Shown here in pieces: positions 62,107 to 64,000 of a DNA stretch of 64,000 bases. Every line of letters starts with the position of its first letter. Position 1 is the stretch's first letter. The stretch is from Octopus sinensis (Eukaryota): the NCBI RefSeq assembly GCF_006345805.1, contig NC_043008.1, positions 35,960,001 through 36,024,000 of the forward strand, read 5' to 3'. The notes beneath the pieces are model-generated. The model was not told the origin of the DNA. It was given only the letters and a program-made list of their open reading frames with translations, and ran no database searches. The position numbers were made by a program, and so were the translations under genes.

Positions 62107-64000
62107 CTGTAACATCAGAGCCTTTTCAATTTTTCCCAAACTTCCATCTACACTTCATTAAATTCAAATTTACTATTACAAGAATTACTGTTAAAACTTT
62201 GCTGACAAGAACAGCAAGACTTTCCGGCTCTGTCCAAAACCAAGAAATTCTATGTTTTGTCATCTGTAGAAACTAATTCTTAACAAATAGAATGATTGTA
62301 AAGGGAAATTTGCAAAACATTTCTCCTTAATTTCAAAGTATACAGGCACTTGTACTTGAAGAATAGCATTTATAGCTCCCAGCTATATTTATTAACTGTC
62401 AACAAGTCTTACTAAAATAAATTCTAACATCTGCAAATAATCAAAACAAAAAATAAAGAAACCTCAAAATAAACACTTTAAACTCATTCTGACAAGTAGC
62501 TTAAATTTCTGTTATGATAAAGGATGGCAGGGAGGTAGGGATTTTTTTCTTCATATTTATTTCTCCTGTCCTCTTCCCCAGCTAATAACATTTATTTAGT
62601 CATTACAAACTCTGTAAGTAATTTAAAAAAAAAAAAAACAAGCAACAAGGAAATTATTTTAAAAAGAGCAAAAACTTTTCTTTAATTCAATAAATTACTT
62701 GAATTCACCACACTAGTAAGGAGGATATTAAATTAGAAATAGCTTAAAATGTTTTGACATGAAAAATTTGTGAACAACCAAGATTAAAACCTCACTCAAT
62801 ACTTGCCACCATGTAGATAAATGTAAGAAGGTGGCAGAGTGCCAAGTCAGAAATTCTCATAGCATGAACAACTGAGACAGCTATCTTACACAAGATATTA
62901 TTGACAGATTAGGCAGCTTACATATAACAACCATTATTATTATTATTATTATAGTCCTAAAACAATCAGACCTGATCATAATTCTTCAACAATTAGATTT
63001 CTTACTCATATTTGAAATTAAGTAATTAGTTTGATTTACCAAATTTTGATCTCAACAAAATAAAAATAGAGTAAAAAAAGAAAAAATTAATGGGAAAATA
63101 GATACAATTATCTAAAGAAACAAGTTAACATTAGGTAAATAACTCAATGATAATAGAGAGAGAAATGTCGTCATTTATCTGTAATGCCATTTTCTATTCT
63201 GAGAATGAGAACACATAACGTCTCTGTGGAAAAAGGCCAAAGACAGAGCACAATACGAAAGTGTAGAAAAGAAACTAGCACATGCGTGTGTGCATACTCA
63301 CACTCACACACAACAAATGTATTCAAATTGCAATAATTCTGAGAATATATCATTATACATGTTTCTTGTAAACTAGATCAGAGATCATGAAAGAATCCTA
63401 ACTACATACACCAGAAACATGTGGCTTATTCTCAAATGTCCTATTACTTTAAGGGTGTTTGTGTGTCAGTTTTAACACACACACACACACAAATATAAAT
63501 TTAGAGCTTGGTTTTTCATGCTTGCAAAGCTTGTTGGATCAAGTCTGGTATGAAGTATATTGGCAAAAACCCTGTTTAATATTAAGGCCATTCACTCTCA
63601 AATGACCCTGTCCACCTTGCACTCATTAAAAAGTTTATTTCAGTAAGCATCGAGTGCAGTGTCCATTTTAGATATGGACTTTTTAACTCTAGTAGTGGAT
63701 CTTACAAGACATTGCTCATCATAAATAGGCCTTCGCCTTTACAATAATAACATATCAATCATCGTAGATAGTACTAAGTGCACCATATAGTACACTAAGC
63801 ATATCAAAACTATATTACTCACACCTGAAGATTATGTAACAAAAAATTTAATATCAAATAAATTGTTATATAATCAGATAGGCCTACAGTTTTTTAAATT
63901 TATTAAAAAAATCTTTTTTTAAAGAAGTGTGACAGATGTTCATGAATGTAAGTCTCATTTCTCTATACCAATAATGTTTATTCACTGTCTGATACAGCTT

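Noticed and set aside
63130-63240. Strong minus-strand acceptor tttttccacAG at 63225-63224
   Set aside because: All three frames stop within about 55 nt and there is no convincing donor; a non-coding exon cannot be excluded but is unsupported.
1-64000. CRISPR arrays, operons, rRNA or prokaryotic defence systems
   Set aside because: Spliced eukaryotic gene and animal transposons throughout; no regularly spaced repeat-spacer array or rRNA-like sequence was seen.

Overview
AT-rich, microsatellite- and transposon-dense animal genomic DNA, most consistent with an octopus (inferred from the SINE, MITE and RTE repertoire; no database search was possible). The only protein-coding gene I can support is a DENND4/Crag-family Rab GEF on the minus strand. 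Four coding exons (22878-22583, 11412-11223, 5633-5577, 1666-1597) splice in frame through canonical GT-AG sites to give about 204 N-terminal residues (MABP domain region). The gene continues off the left edge, and its 5' UTR exon and promoter were not located. The rest is intron or intergenic DNA holding tRNA-derived SINEs of several families, RTE and CR1 LINE remnants, a decayed Tigger/pogo transposon, an end-intact 500-bp hAT deletion derivative, TTAA-flanked MITEs and simple repeats. The most notable unexplained signal is that three unrelated short repeat families each carry a minimal type-I hammerhead ribozyme fold of the Penelope-like-element type (7062-7104, 17018-17052, and a pair at 36752-36797 and 37029-37074). 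One of these families has a tRNA-like Pol III head and an adjacent inverted copy of its own body. All four copies have core substitutions, mostly at CpG sites. Also notable are a C4HC3 PHD finger inside the RT domain of an RTE LINE, a 52-bp fold-back at that LINE's 5' junction, and an unassigned minus-strand candidate exon near 62 kb. Repeat family names come from motif recognition and boundaries of decayed elements are approximate. Almost all entries in the supplied ORF track are artefacts.
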